Source: a virus (Duplodnaviria; Caudoviricetes). From it: a DNA stretch of 64,000 bases. Shown piece after piece: positions 10,327 to 19,847 of this stretch. Every line of letters begins with the position of its first letter. Within the stretch, counting starts at the first letter, position 1. The notes beneath the pieces are model-generated. The model was not told the DNA's origin, made no database searches, and saw only the letters and a list, made by a program, of their open reading frames with translations. The DNA is taken from IMG/VR virus record IMGVR_UViG_3300027672_001796. One strand, 5' to 3'. Made by a program: the position numbers and the translations under genes.

Positions 10327-11745
10327 CTATCTCGAGTTATGTTTCGGATCAGGGCGTGTGTACCAATTGTATAATTCCTCGTCTGCTTTATAAATTTCTT
10401 CTATTGTTAATGCTTCGCCTTCAGCGCCATCGTTTCTAATAGTAGCAATAGTTTGTTGCCATTGTCTGCCATTAAAGAACTGATCCTCATGTGTATCTGG
10501 AAACTGTTCGGCGAACGTAGGAGTGTTTAGTATTGTTTCTAGTTGAGTTATTACTGTGCTTTGTTTCTCAGTTACAATAGGACGCAAATCATCTAACAAA
10601 CTGTTTACTATTCTATCTAGTATATGTCTGGGCCAACTCATAAATGTAAATACTACGTCAGGATGGAATGCAAACATATTCTTAGTTTCAATTTTAACAT
10701 TAAGGTCTAGTGAGTACTGTACGAAGTCACGTAAGCCAAATAGTCCAGGACCTGTTAGTGTTAAGTCCATAAGCATTTTACTATCGCCACCAGGACATGC
10801 AACACCTTCTCTAAAGTTCTTATCCCACTCTTCCCATACTAAACCTGTGCGTATGAACTCGCCTATCTTTCCTATGCCGTCGATACTAGCACACATAGTC
10901 CAGTCCTTTGCTTGTGGCAACCAGTCGTACAAGTAGTGCTTACCAAAACGTACTCTACTTAGGTTACTGTTATAACGTAAGTGTACTTTGCGTAAGTTAT
11001 CATCTTCGGATAGTCTAGCCATGCTCTTCCAATGTATATCATACATAAGTGGCTCACCGCCAACCCAGTATATTTCTTCCACCGTGCCTGACTTAATTGC
11101 TTCCCAAAATTCTTCTTCTACTACTTCCTTTTGAAACTTTTGTATAATCTTTTTATTTTCTGGAACCATGAACGGTTGGCTCTCTGGAGTCCAGTGGTCG
11201 TTCTGTCTCTTCTCTGTTTCCCATGCTGAACTAAGTTGCTCACCGCACATACGACATTTGAAGTTACATAAGTTACTAACCCTGTAATCAAAACTAATAG
11301 GATTCATTGTAGTAAAGCCATCGTCGTCTGTACTATCGAAGCACTCGTCTATTTTATCTTCAAATAAGAAACCAGTAAACCATTGACGGTATGTACTTTG
11401 ACTTAGTACACTATCGTTGCACACATTACATTGTGGTATCTCTTCACCTGCCATTAACTTCTTACGGATGTCCATCATATATGGACTGTTCCAATGTTCT
11501 TTTAAACTAATAGGCTTATAGTCATCGATGGTCCCGCTCTCTTTAAACTTGCCAGTACTTTCATCATTACTTGCATCGATGTATTGCTTTTGGAATTGGT
11601 GTTCTTCTCTACTAGCACAACACATACGTCTCTCTGACTGCGGACTAATATAAGTATGTGTCCATGGAGCAGTACAGAAAACTTTGTTCTCTGAGTCTTC
11701 GACCATACTGCCATGAGCCCATTTAGGCTTAATTCTATTACTCAT
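10327..11745 (-). CDS. N-terminal twitch-domain radical SAM protein, paralogue 3
   Basis: FCTAPW..MCCA..QCNVC, CNFKCRMC and VGGEP. Confidence 0.92.
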   Translation of the reverse strand: MSNRIKPKWAHGSMVEDSENKVFCTAPWTHTYISPQSERRMCCASREEHQFQKQYIDASNDESTGKFKESGTIDDYKPISLKEHWNSPYMMDIRKKLMAGEEIPQCNVCNDSVLSQSTYRQWFTGFLFEDKIDECFDSTDDDGFTTMNPISFDYRVSNLCNFKCRMCGEQLSSAWETEKRQNDHWTPESQPFMVPENKKIIQKFQKEVVEEEFWEAIKSGTVEEIYWVGGEPLMYDIHWKSMARLSEDDNLRKVHLRYNSNLSRVRFGKHYLYDWLPQAKDWTMCASIDGIGKIGEFIRTGLVWEEWDKNFREGVACPGGDSKMLMDLTLTGPGLFGLRDFVQYSLDLNVKIETKNMFAFHPDVVFTFMSWPRHILDRIVNSLLDDLRPIVTEKQSTVITQLETILNTPTFAEQFPDTHEDQFFNGRQWQQTIATIRNDGAEGEALTIEEIYKADEELYNWYTRPDPKHNSR

Positions 11746-12730
11746 CGTCTTCCCATACAGCGATATCGCTAATGTAAGGACATGCTTCTAATTTGGTTAT
11801 AATACTTTCGAACGTTTCATTTTGTAACGCTCCTAGTTTAGCTCTGCCTATGGCATGTTTAGGCTCTGTGTGGTCAATGCCATATTTAGAAACTTCGTTG
11901 GCTTCACACCATTGATGCAATCTTCTATTTAAATGTGTTTCAACCTCAGCATCAAATACTTGAAACGAGGCTTGATTCAAACCAATACATGCACTACCGG
12001 ATATTAATGTTTGAGGTTTAACCTCTTTACGTTTTATTAATTCTAAATCTTTTGATGCATAAGCATGACCTAAATCTTTGCCTACGGTAAAGAAGTCTAA
12101 AAACAAATCACCTGTATAGTATTGACTTTGGAATTGTGCGTAGTCGTCATCTGTTAATTCTATATATTCTGCTTCTGCATTAGGACTAAAATGTCTTGCT
12201 ACTATAAAGTATTGCTTCTCATCTAATTCTTCTACTGCAAAGAAACGAGATATGTTTGCTTCTATTTCGTGTACCGTTTTATTTAAACGTTCCAATATCT
12301 CTACTTCCGGATGAGATTCTTCTGTGTAAACAAAGCCTGAAACTTCTGTTAACTCTACTAATTGTTTTTCAAAAATAAAATGTACTTCGTTTAATTTGTC
12401 GTGCATTTCTTTTGTAGTATCTGTTATAGATAACTTTAGATCCGGATCGGCTCCTTGCGAATCTATATCAGTATTTAAACTATTAATTAGTAGTTGCATG
12501 TTTACACTTTGATTAGCGTCATACAAATTCCAATGTAGCCATCTATATTCATCAGCTATTGCTGTTTTTGTAATGTTATAAAACTGATTACCAATATGCG
12601 TGTCTGCTAGTTTCCAAACAAGTTCTTGGTTGCCACCTTTAAAACTACTCTTGCCTATTACATTAGTGCCACCACTATCCATTACACCTACGGGTGTTGG
12701 ACTTAAACTCAGTTTGTAGTACTTACTCAC
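11738..12730 (-). CDS. Hypothetical protein (330 aa) between radical SAM genes
   Basis: Long ORF overlapping both radical SAM neighbours; LNEVHFIFE and LNKTVHEIE helical His/Glu motifs. Confidence 0.75.
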   Translation of the reverse strand: MSKYYKLSLSPTPVGVMDSGGTNVIGKSSFKGGNQELVWKLADTHIGNQFYNITKTAIADEYRWLHWNLYDANQSVNMQLLINSLNTDIDSQGADPDLKLSITDTTKEMHDKLNEVHFIFEKQLVELTEVSGFVYTEESHPEVEILERLNKTVHEIEANISRFFAVEELDEKQYFIVARHFSPNAEAEYIELTDDDYAQFQSQYYTGDLFLDFFTVGKDLGHAYASKDLELIKRKEVKPQTLISGSACIGLNQASFQVFDAEVETHLNRRLHQWCEANEVSKYGIDHTEPKHAIGRAKLGALQNETFESIITKLEACPYISDIAVWEDDE

Positions 12731-14403
12731 TCGTCTACTGCTCCGCCAAGTCCATCAGTGTCTGTGTCCCAACCAATGCTACTACCAGCACGTTTTTTAA
12801 TATTAGGATTAACTCCTTCTATTTCATTTTCGTATTTGGTATCATCATAGTCATCGTCGCTCTCACCTGTTTGGCGTCCACGTACTTTCATTTCTACAAC
12901 TTTAACTTCGCCGTCCTCTGTAACAATACGTTTGGCATACAATGTATTAGTTACACCTACACTATCTGGTGCTTGTATGTCGTGGTCATCGCTAATGTCT
13001 AATACATCAATGCTGTCGTACCAGTCTACTAGCCTAGGGAATGTTGTTCTAAAATTATGTCCACGTCTCGAATCGTACTGCTCGTAAAACACTTTGAAGT
13101 CATGGTCTAACAAGTATTGCTCTGCTGTATTCCTGTGTGGAGTTTTAACAACATCTAAATATTCTATTAGTCTGCTTATTTGATCTTGTTCCCATGCTTG
13201 GAGTAATTCTACGCCATGCATATCTCTCTCGCCTTTATTTCGAGTATCATCTAACCACTCGCTAAGTTCATCATGATACATTTTACGCAAGTCATCTGGC
13301 AATGTTAATGGACTTTGGAAACTAGGGAAACGTAATATGTTTACACTAATACCCGGAACGTGATGTCCGTATTTTCTCTTCATAGACAATGTCCAATCTA
13401 AGAATTGACAAATAGTATCTAAGCATAATGCATTGACAGTCATCATCATGTGTACGCCTTCGTATCTTGCCTCTGTGGCAAAACGTTCAAACTGTGCTGT
13501 CCATATTTCCCAATCTAATCCGTCTCTGATATATTCTGCTTGGGCACCAAAGGCTTCACAACTGGTATACACATGGAAGTGGTCAATGTGTTGTGTAGCA
13601 TCAATAAACTTGTTTAGTAACCCAGGCTTAGCCATTAAGTTACTGTTAATAGCCAAACGCATCTTCTTAGCATTGGGCTCATCTGTTTCTTTAAACCAAT
13701 CGAACAGTTTGTAGATACTAGGAGTCATTAATGGCTCACCGCCAGTAACACGAATCTCTTCTAGCTCTTTACTTAGCTCGGGCCACCATCTCCAAAATGC
13801 ATCTACATAAGGATTGGCTGTACCGGCATCGTACGGTTCGGCATACGGAGCATCATCGATAAAGTGACCTCTTGCATCTGACTTAATACCTTGATACCCA
13901 CCATTGGTTCTAATGTCTTTAACCCATGTACTACTAAACGCAGGATTGCAATAACTACATGCTAACTGGCATGTTCTATCAAATGCAACCTCACAGGTTT
14001 TTAAATTAACATCAGCGTTAGGATCTAACGTTGCAATGTGTTGTAAGTCTCTATCTTCATATATAACTGTTTTATATACTCTGTCGGACACAGCTTCATT
14101 GCCGTCCGAGTCTTGCCCCATGTCTTCAATCTTCCAACAGTACTCACACTCTTTGGGCCGTGTGCCTTCCTGCATCATTTGACGCATCTTCTTTTTGTGT
14201 CTGCTGTTGTGAATAGCACTAGGGTTTTCTTTAATGTCTTCTAAATCTATTTGGTGTGCTGGGGGATGATGACAACTAGTTGTTCCACCATGGCCCAACC
14301 ATATAGTAGCATTGTACCATTTGGCGCCGCAAAAGGAATCTGATACTGGATCTATCATCCTTGCTTTAAATTCTCTGTGAGTCTCGTCTACCTTCCTAAC
14401 CAT
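12727..14403 (-). CDS. N-terminal twitch-domain radical SAM protein, paralogue 4 (acidic C-terminal extension)
   Basis: FCGAKW..SCHH..ECEYCW, CQLACSYC and TGGEP. Confidence 0.92.
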   Translation of the reverse strand: MVRKVDETHREFKARMIDPVSDSFCGAKWYNATIWLGHGGTTSCHHPPAHQIDLEDIKENPSAIHNSRHKKKMRQMMQEGTRPKECEYCWKIEDMGQDSDGNEAVSDRVYKTVIYEDRDLQHIATLDPNADVNLKTCEVAFDRTCQLACSYCNPAFSSTWVKDIRTNGGYQGIKSDARGHFIDDAPYAEPYDAGTANPYVDAFWRWWPELSKELEEIRVTGGEPLMTPSIYKLFDWFKETDEPNAKKMRLAINSNLMAKPGLLNKFIDATQHIDHFHVYTSCEAFGAQAEYIRDGLDWEIWTAQFERFATEARYEGVHMMMTVNALCLDTICQFLDWTLSMKRKYGHHVPGISVNILRFPSFQSPLTLPDDLRKMYHDELSEWLDDTRNKGERDMHGVELLQAWEQDQISRLIEYLDVVKTPHRNTAEQYLLDHDFKVFYEQYDSRRGHNFRTTFPRLVDWYDSIDVLDISDDHDIQAPDSVGVTNTLYAKRIVTEDGEVKVVEMKVRGRQTGESDDDYDDTKYENEIEGVNPNIKKRAGSSIGWDTDTDGLGGAVDE

Positions 14404-14998
14404 TATAATTTCCTACGTCGAAGCTCAAGCTTCTTACCTGTACCTGATTATTTAGTCCTATTATCCATTCTAACATCTCCGCTACACTATCAGCAGTCAT
14501 CATATAATCTTCTGCAAAATCTTTAAGCCATGCTGTGCTATCAGTGTCAACCATGCCTGGCTTAATGTTCGTTACTCTGCACTTACCTTTCTGGAACTGA
14601 TTACTTAGTTGTAAACTTGCCCAGTCGAGTCTTGCTTTGTCACTAACATACGGAGTCCAGTCTTTGTTGTAACCCATCTGTGCAAAGTTATGTATACTGT
14701 CGCTACTTGTTGCACCCATATTAATTATTTGCCTAGGCTTGTTTTCCCATGCTTCATAGAACAGGTATAGTAGTCTGACTTGGCTACCGGGTGCGTATGC
14801 GTTGTTAACGAATATATCAGCTTTCCATTCTAATGCTTCTTTAACAATACGTTTGCAAGTACTCTCTTTCATAATATTGTAGCCATTGCTTTTACTAAAG
14901 CCCATGACTTCAATACCCTGAGCTTCTAGCCTTTCAACTAGATACTTTCCGATGCCTCTTGTGTGTCCTGTTATTGCAACTCTTTTTGTGTGTGCCAT
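14396..14998 (-). CDS. Short-chain dehydrogenase/reductase (SDR)
   Basis: TGHTRGIG (TGxxxGIG), NNA, YVSDK (YxxxK) and PGMVDT. Confidence 0.88.
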   Translation of the reverse strand: MAHTKRVAITGHTRGIGKYLVERLEAQGIEVMGFSKSNGYNIMKESTCKRIVKEALEWKADIFVNNAYAPGSQVRLLYLFYEAWENKPRQIINMGATSSDSIHNFAQMGYNKDWTPYVSDKARLDWASLQLSNQFQKGKCRVTNIKPGMVDTDSTAWLKDFAEDYMMTADSVAEMLEWIIGLNNQVQVRSLSFDVGNYNG

Positions 14999-15003
14999 AC
15001 TAC

Positions 15004-15010
15004 TATTTAC
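15004..15010 (-). promoter_or_regulatory. Putative late promoter GTAAATA, 5 nt before the SDR ATG
   Basis: Minus strand reads GTAAATA-GTAGT-ATG; T4-like late consensus is TATAAATA. Confidence 0.6.
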
Positions 15011-15020
15011 CTGCTTTTTT

Positions 15021-16121
15021 CTAGTTATTAAACAAATCTACGCTTTCCCAAGGTAAATCATCTTTACCGAAGTGCCCGTAGTTAGTTGTCCTTGTTAAGT
15101 CTAGATTAAACAAATCAAAACGTTTAATAATTCCTAGTGGTGTTAAGTCAACATTATCACGGAAGTAGTCTTCAAACTCCTTTCTAACAATGCCATCTGC
15201 GTACACATATATACTAGTAGGTTCTTTAACACCGATAGCATAACTTAGTTGCACTACACAGTTTTTAGCCTTGCCACTAGCAACAACATTCTTTGCTAAG
15301 TAACGTGCCATGTAAGCACCGCTTCTGTCTACTTTAGTACAATCCTTGCCACTAAATGCTCCGCCACCATGTGGGGCATAGCCACCGTATGTGTCTACAA
15401 TAATCTTACGTCCTGTAAGTCCTGTGTCTCCATCTGGCCCACCTATAACAAATTTACCTGTAGGGTTAATATGCCATACTGTTTTTAGTACGTCTACTTT
15501 ATCTTTGATAACCGGCAATATAATGCCTAGTACACGTTCTCTTACTTCGTCTATGCTTAGTTCGTCGCTATGTTGAGTACTACATACAACTGTCTTAATG
15601 TATGAAGGCTCTCCTAGTTTTTTGTATGCAAATGTTACTTGACTCTTTGCATCCGGTCCTAACCAATCTGCACCGTTGCGTCTTGCTTCTTCTAGTGCTT
15701 GTAGTATTTTATGACTGTAATGTATTGTGCTAGGCATAAAGTTATCTGTTTCGTCACATGCGTAACCAAACATAATACCTTGATCTCCTGCTCCAAAGTC
15801 GTCAGTGCCTAAGGCAATGTCTGAACTTTGTCCATGCAGTTCGTTGTATACCACTAATCTTTCCCAATGGAATCCGTCTTGTTCGTAACCAATCTCTTTT
15901 ACTACGTTGCGTATTAGTGATTCAACTTCCTCTTTACTAATGAGTTTGTCTGACTTATATTCGCCTGCTACTGTAACCATGTTAGTTGTAACTAATGTTT
16001 CAACTGCCGCTCTATTATTAATGTTACCATCGATAATAAATGTTGCTACTGTATCAGAGATTAAGTCGGCTATTTTATCCGGATGTCCGTTACTCACGCT
16101 TTCGCTTGTGAATTCGTACAT
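15021..16121 (-). CDS. metK: S-adenosylmethionine synthetase
   Basis: FTSESVSNGHPDK, GAGDQG, GPDGDTGLTGRKIIVDTYGG, GGGAFSGKD and KVDRS signatures. Confidence 0.97.
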   Translation of the reverse strand: MYEFTSESVSNGHPDKIADLISDTVATFIIDGNINNRAAVETLVTTNMVTVAGEYKSDKLISKEEVESLIRNVVKEIGYEQDGFHWERLVVYNELHGQSSDIALGTDDFGAGDQGIMFGYACDETDNFMPSTIHYSHKILQALEEARRNGADWLGPDAKSQVTFAYKKLGEPSYIKTVVCSTQHSDELSIDEVRERVLGIILPVIKDKVDVLKTVWHINPTGKFVIGGPDGDTGLTGRKIIVDTYGGYAPHGGGAFSGKDCTKVDRSGAYMARYLAKNVVASGKAKNCVVQLSYAIGVKEPTSIYVYADGIVRKEFEDYFRDNVDLTPLGIIKRFDLFNLDLTRTTNYGHFGKDDLPWESVDLFNN

Positions 16122-16158
16122 AATCCTCTCCTGTTGTTTACTTCATATAGAAGTGTTC

Positions 16159-16194
16159 TATTTATATTATAACATGAATTGCTTAATAAATCAA
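16159..16194 (-). promoter_or_regulatory. Composite promoter for metK: sigma70 (TTGATT-17bp-TGnTATAAT) abutting late motif TATAAATA
   Basis: -35 at 16189-16194, -10 at 16166-16171, TATAAATA at 16159-16166. Confidence 0.7.
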
Positions 16195-16514
16195 GCAACA
16201 AATAATCCTTTCATGCTTTTACCTTTTGACATATCACCGTTGAATGTCATTTTGCCACCCATAACTAATTTAACTGGGTCAGCGCCTTTAGTAAACATCT
16301 CAATCATTGTATCTTTGCTAACAAATCCTACAGTGATGTCTGCTTTATCTAAATGCTCGTTACACAGAATACATTTCTTATCGTGTACACTAATAGAAAA
16401 CTTACCATTAGTTTCACTAATAACATTAACGTTAATATCAATATCAATGCCTTCTGATTTTTCTTTCTGAAATTTACCTTCTAAGTCTGTTTTAATTGTG
16501 CCAAAGTCTAACAT
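16191..16514 (-). CDS. SCP2 sterol/lipid-carrier domain protein (~107 aa)
   Basis: C-terminal DPVKLVMGGKMTFNGDMS matches the SCP2 pattern. Start moved from 16568 to 16514 because AAGGAGG precedes that ATG. Confidence 0.75.
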   Translation of the reverse strand: MLDFGTIKTDLEGKFQKEKSEGIDIDINVNVISETNGKFSISVHDKKCILCNEHLDKADITVGFVSKDTMIEMFTKGADPVKLVMGGKMTFNGDMSKGKSMKGLFVA

Positions 16515-16542
16515 ATTATCCTCCTTTTGGATATTAAGTTTT

Positions 16543-18177
16543 TCATAGCAATGCTTCTGCCTCTTCACATTGTTGCCAAAATTGATGCATCTCTGGAAAT
16601 GTTGCTAAGAAATTTGTGTCTCTTCTTGCGTCATGTTCGCTAAAGAATTTAAAAAAGTCTGCTCTGTCTCTTCTTAACTTATCACTATCGATGTCTTGTT
16701 TCATTATATCTAAGTTACGTTTTGCTTTAGCAATTTCAAAATCTTTAAAACCTCTGTAGTCTACATAGTCTTCAGTTGCTTTGTTATCTTCCATAAATTG
16801 AATTGCTTCCTGCATGTAGTCACAATACTCGCTAGGTAGTACATGTATACTTTGCCATGCTGGTGCTCTAAGCAATGGAATGTCAAACCATATACGTTGC
16901 TCCGGAACTTCCCAACCCATTGCAAACTGGTTCTCTTTACTCCACTTATCTCTAAGGTCTAATATTCCTTGTAGGAATTCTGTAAAACTTGTAACACTTA
17001 AACAGTTAAACGTGTTAATAAAATTAATACTAGTAAATCTAGTTTCGTCTAAAAACCTATGACAGTTATTCCACACAGTATCAAATACCATACCATTACG
17101 CATATACTCTGCTTGTTCGCCCCAACCATCTAAACTACAAAACACACTAAAGTTATGATATGCTTTGTCGTTGTATTCGTAAATATATGTGAAACTATTG
17201 TTATCCTGTTCTTCGCATTGTCCAACTTGCATAAACGTTTGCGGTATCTCTTCTCGTTCTATTACTGCTAAGTTGCTGTCGTGATAACGTTTTGCATCAG
17301 CGCCAATTATAGCATGATCCCATGTTTGCCAATCTGTGCCGTCTAGTGGATCTGCTACATATACTTCTGCACCATGTTGTACATTATCTAATCTCTTAAC
17401 TGAATCTAAAAACTTTACAAACAATGCATCGTTGGCAGGACACATGTTTGTTGTTATACTTAATTCTAAATCTTTATTTGGATTTGCTAATACATAATCT
17501 AATACTTTAAAAGTATTCTTATCCATTAATGGCTCACCACCAGTCATACGAAACACACGAAGTGTTTTATACATCTCGGGCCACCACTTCCAAAACGCTG
17601 TAACGTATGGATTAAGATCCTGTTTTACTTTTAATGGCATTAAGTTTTTTAGTGCAAGACTGTCAATATTATTATGTGGAGCAGTAGTTGGATATTCCCC
17701 AAACTCGTCTATCTCTTCTTGCCATGCTGTACTTAAATGTGGAGAACAATAACTGCACTTGAAGTTACATGCTTGATTAAAGTTTACTTCTACATAACGT
17801 GGATTGATGTTGCCACTAGCACCAGCATCTAAAATATCTTCTTTACTTTCTTGTGCCCAATACTCGCCACTGCGATATACTCGGTCACTTCTTGCACCCG
17901 TATCTTCTATGTCCCAACAATAACTACAGCCATCTGGTCTCTCGCCTTTAAGCATTTGTCTGCGTTGTTCTTTCTTTTCTTTTGTGTTATGTAGTGCTGT
18001 TGGATTATCTTTTAACTCATCTAACGGAATTGAATGTGTAGGCGGATGATAGCAACTGTGTGTTTGACCATTTGTTAAGTGCATAGATACCTGAGACCAT
18101 TTAGCATAACACATGCTAGGACTAATATTATCTAGTTGCTCTTTAGCCTTATCAGCGGCTTGGTCGTATATGCTCAT
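16543..18177 (-). CDS. N-terminal twitch-domain radical SAM protein, paralogue 5 (internal insertion)
   Basis: MCYAKW..SCYH..GCSYCW, CNFKCSYC and TGGEP. Confidence 0.92.
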   Translation of the reverse strand: MSIYDQAADKAKEQLDNISPSMCYAKWSQVSMHLTNGQTHSCYHPPTHSIPLDELKDNPTALHNTKEKKEQRRQMLKGERPDGCSYCWDIEDTGARSDRVYRSGEYWAQESKEDILDAGASGNINPRYVEVNFNQACNFKCSYCSPHLSTAWQEEIDEFGEYPTTAPHNNIDSLALKNLMPLKVKQDLNPYVTAFWKWWPEMYKTLRVFRMTGGEPLMDKNTFKVLDYVLANPNKDLELSITTNMCPANDALFVKFLDSVKRLDNVQHGAEVYVADPLDGTDWQTWDHAIIGADAKRYHDSNLAVIEREEIPQTFMQVGQCEEQDNNSFTYIYEYNDKAYHNFSVFCSLDGWGEQAEYMRNGMVFDTVWNNCHRFLDETRFTSINFINTFNCLSVTSFTEFLQGILDLRDKWSKENQFAMGWEVPEQRIWFDIPLLRAPAWQSIHVLPSEYCDYMQEAIQFMEDNKATEDYVDYRGFKDFEIAKAKRNLDIMKQDIDSDKLRRDRADFFKFFSEHDARRDTNFLATFPEMHQFWQQCEEAEALL

Positions 18178-18821
18178 ACGGTAATTCCGTGCGTTTTGAA
18201 GAACGATTTCATGAGATGGCTGATTAATGTTACTTCACCATTCATAGTTTCGTATTCGGAGTCATCCAGATCTCCATTGATAATTCTAGCAGTTGCCTCA
18301 GCCCAGAGCTCTGGTGCCTGGTCCATGCCGCCAGGACATATTCCGTATGCGTTGTTGTTAGGCTCGATTGCAATACATTTCATTAGTTGTTGCTCTGCCG
18401 ATCTAAGATACCTGTATGAAAGGTTCTCGAAGCCATACTCTCTTCTACCCAAAGTAACAGAACTAGTGATAAAAATAAATTGTTTACAATGACTTAAGAT
18501 ATCATATATAGCTAATTTGCCATACATTGTTTGTTGTAGGTTGTCGTCATTTTCCTTTTTAAAAGTTTCAACATGATCTAAGTAATATGTGTCGGCAACA
18601 TTCCTACGCTTATATTTTGGTGTAGCACCACCAACAACTCTCTGATTAAATACTACAACATCTGGATCAGGGTATTTACTAAACTCTGTTTCCATCTGTG
18701 CCGGGTCAGTATAGTCGAGAGTATCTCTACCTAATTTAATAACGTTGTGTCCGGAACCCGTTAGATAGCCAGCAATTGACAAAGGATATTGTGTTGTGGA
18801 TCCTATTAAGTATATAACCAT
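18174..18821 (-). CDS. Degenerate SDR/Rossmann-fold protein
   Basis: N-terminal beta-alpha-beta, FIFITSS and ICPGGM segments; has YRYLR in place of YxxxK. Confidence 0.5.
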   Translation of the reverse strand: MVIYLIGSTTQYPLSIAGYLTGSGHNVIKLGRDTLDYTDPAQMETEFSKYPDPDVVVFNQRVVGGATPKYKRRNVADTYYLDHVETFKKENDDNLQQTMYGKLAIYDILSHCKQFIFITSSVTLGRREYGFENLSYRYLRSAEQQLMKCIAIEPNNNAYGICPGGMDQAPELWAEATARIINGDLDDSEYETMNGEVTLISHLMKSFFKTHGITV

Positions 18822-18826
18822 GTTAG

Positions 18827-19822
18827 TTACAGCAATCCTTTTTCTAAAAGTTCTTGTATTTGTTTTTCTCTAACCATTGCACCCCAACGTTTAGGATTAA
18901 CAAAAGTCTTCTTAAAGAATTTACACATGTTAGGATTTGGATCGAACAACATCATATCATTAATTTCTTCGTTTAATGTTACACCGATATCCTTGATTGC
19001 TATCTCTAACATCTCAGGATCATGTGATACTTTAGTGTAAGGGCAAACGACATTGCCTGGGAAACGTGGTAGCACTTGGTTACTAAAGAAATCACTAAAC
19101 CAGTCATAGTCTGATATTAAATTAGTATCCCATTCAGTTAATACAGTCATTTGGCATCCAAGCCTTGCTCCGTATATAGCCCACATGCCGTTGTCAATAT
19201 CACTTCCAATGTTACACCATGTTTGTAATCTGTTATAGTTCTGCCACCATATCTTATCTTTAAATTCATCTGGCTTTACACGAACACCTTGGTCGGTACT
19301 CATTTTAACGCCTTCTCTAAAGCCTGCTCTGAAGGCTTGAAACGGACTTGCTGTTTGATGTACTTCACTGAATGTGTCGTTAAGTTGTATGTAATCTAGC
19401 TTCCAACAAAACTCCATACCCTCACCATCTTGTGCGGACTCATGAGTGTTAATTGTTTTAGTATATTCTGTGGGCCAACATTTAAGTCCACCATTACCGT
19501 ACACTAAACCGTTTAGAATGTTTTTAGCATTCCAACTAAAAATACATTTACTGATATCATTACCATCATGATCTGTCTCAGGAACATCTAATACTTGTTC
19601 GAAGAAATCATCCATAACAATATTGTCACCGTCTACTGTGATAAATCGTTCTGTTTCTGATTGGTTAGCACATGCCTTGTGAGCGGCATCGAATCCTGTA
19701 ACTCCGTGTACTCGTTTAGCCCATGGGACCTTGTTTAACAAGTCTGCCCAATGTTCTTCTGCATTTGGCTCGTCATAGCTGATGTAAAAGATATCTAATT
19801 CTGTTACGTCTATTTTCGCCAT
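18827..19822 (-). CDS. Putative GT-A glycosyltransferase-like phage protein
   Basis: FYISYDEPNAEE and a TVDGDN (DxD) motif. Confidence 0.55.
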   Translation of the reverse strand: MAKIDVTELDIFYISYDEPNAEEHWADLLNKVPWAKRVHGVTGFDAAHKACANQSETERFITVDGDNIVMDDFFEQVLDVPETDHDGNDISKCIFSWNAKNILNGLVYGNGGLKCWPTEYTKTINTHESAQDGEGMEFCWKLDYIQLNDTFSEVHQTASPFQAFRAGFREGVKMSTDQGVRVKPDEFKDKIWWQNYNRLQTWCNIGSDIDNGMWAIYGARLGCQMTVLTEWDTNLISDYDWFSDFFSNQVLPRFPGNVVCPYTKVSHDPEMLEIAIKDIGVTLNEEINDMMLFDPNPNMCKFFKKTFVNPKRWGAMVREKQIQELLEKGLL

Positions 19823-19847
19823 ATGATGTATCCTGTGTTAGTGTAGT

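Noticed and set aside
17150-17400. Intein in radical SAM paralogue 5 (insert ends in HN)
   Set aside because: The residue after HN is Phe rather than Cys/Ser/Thr, there is no N-terminal Cys/Ser splicing block, and it is too short.
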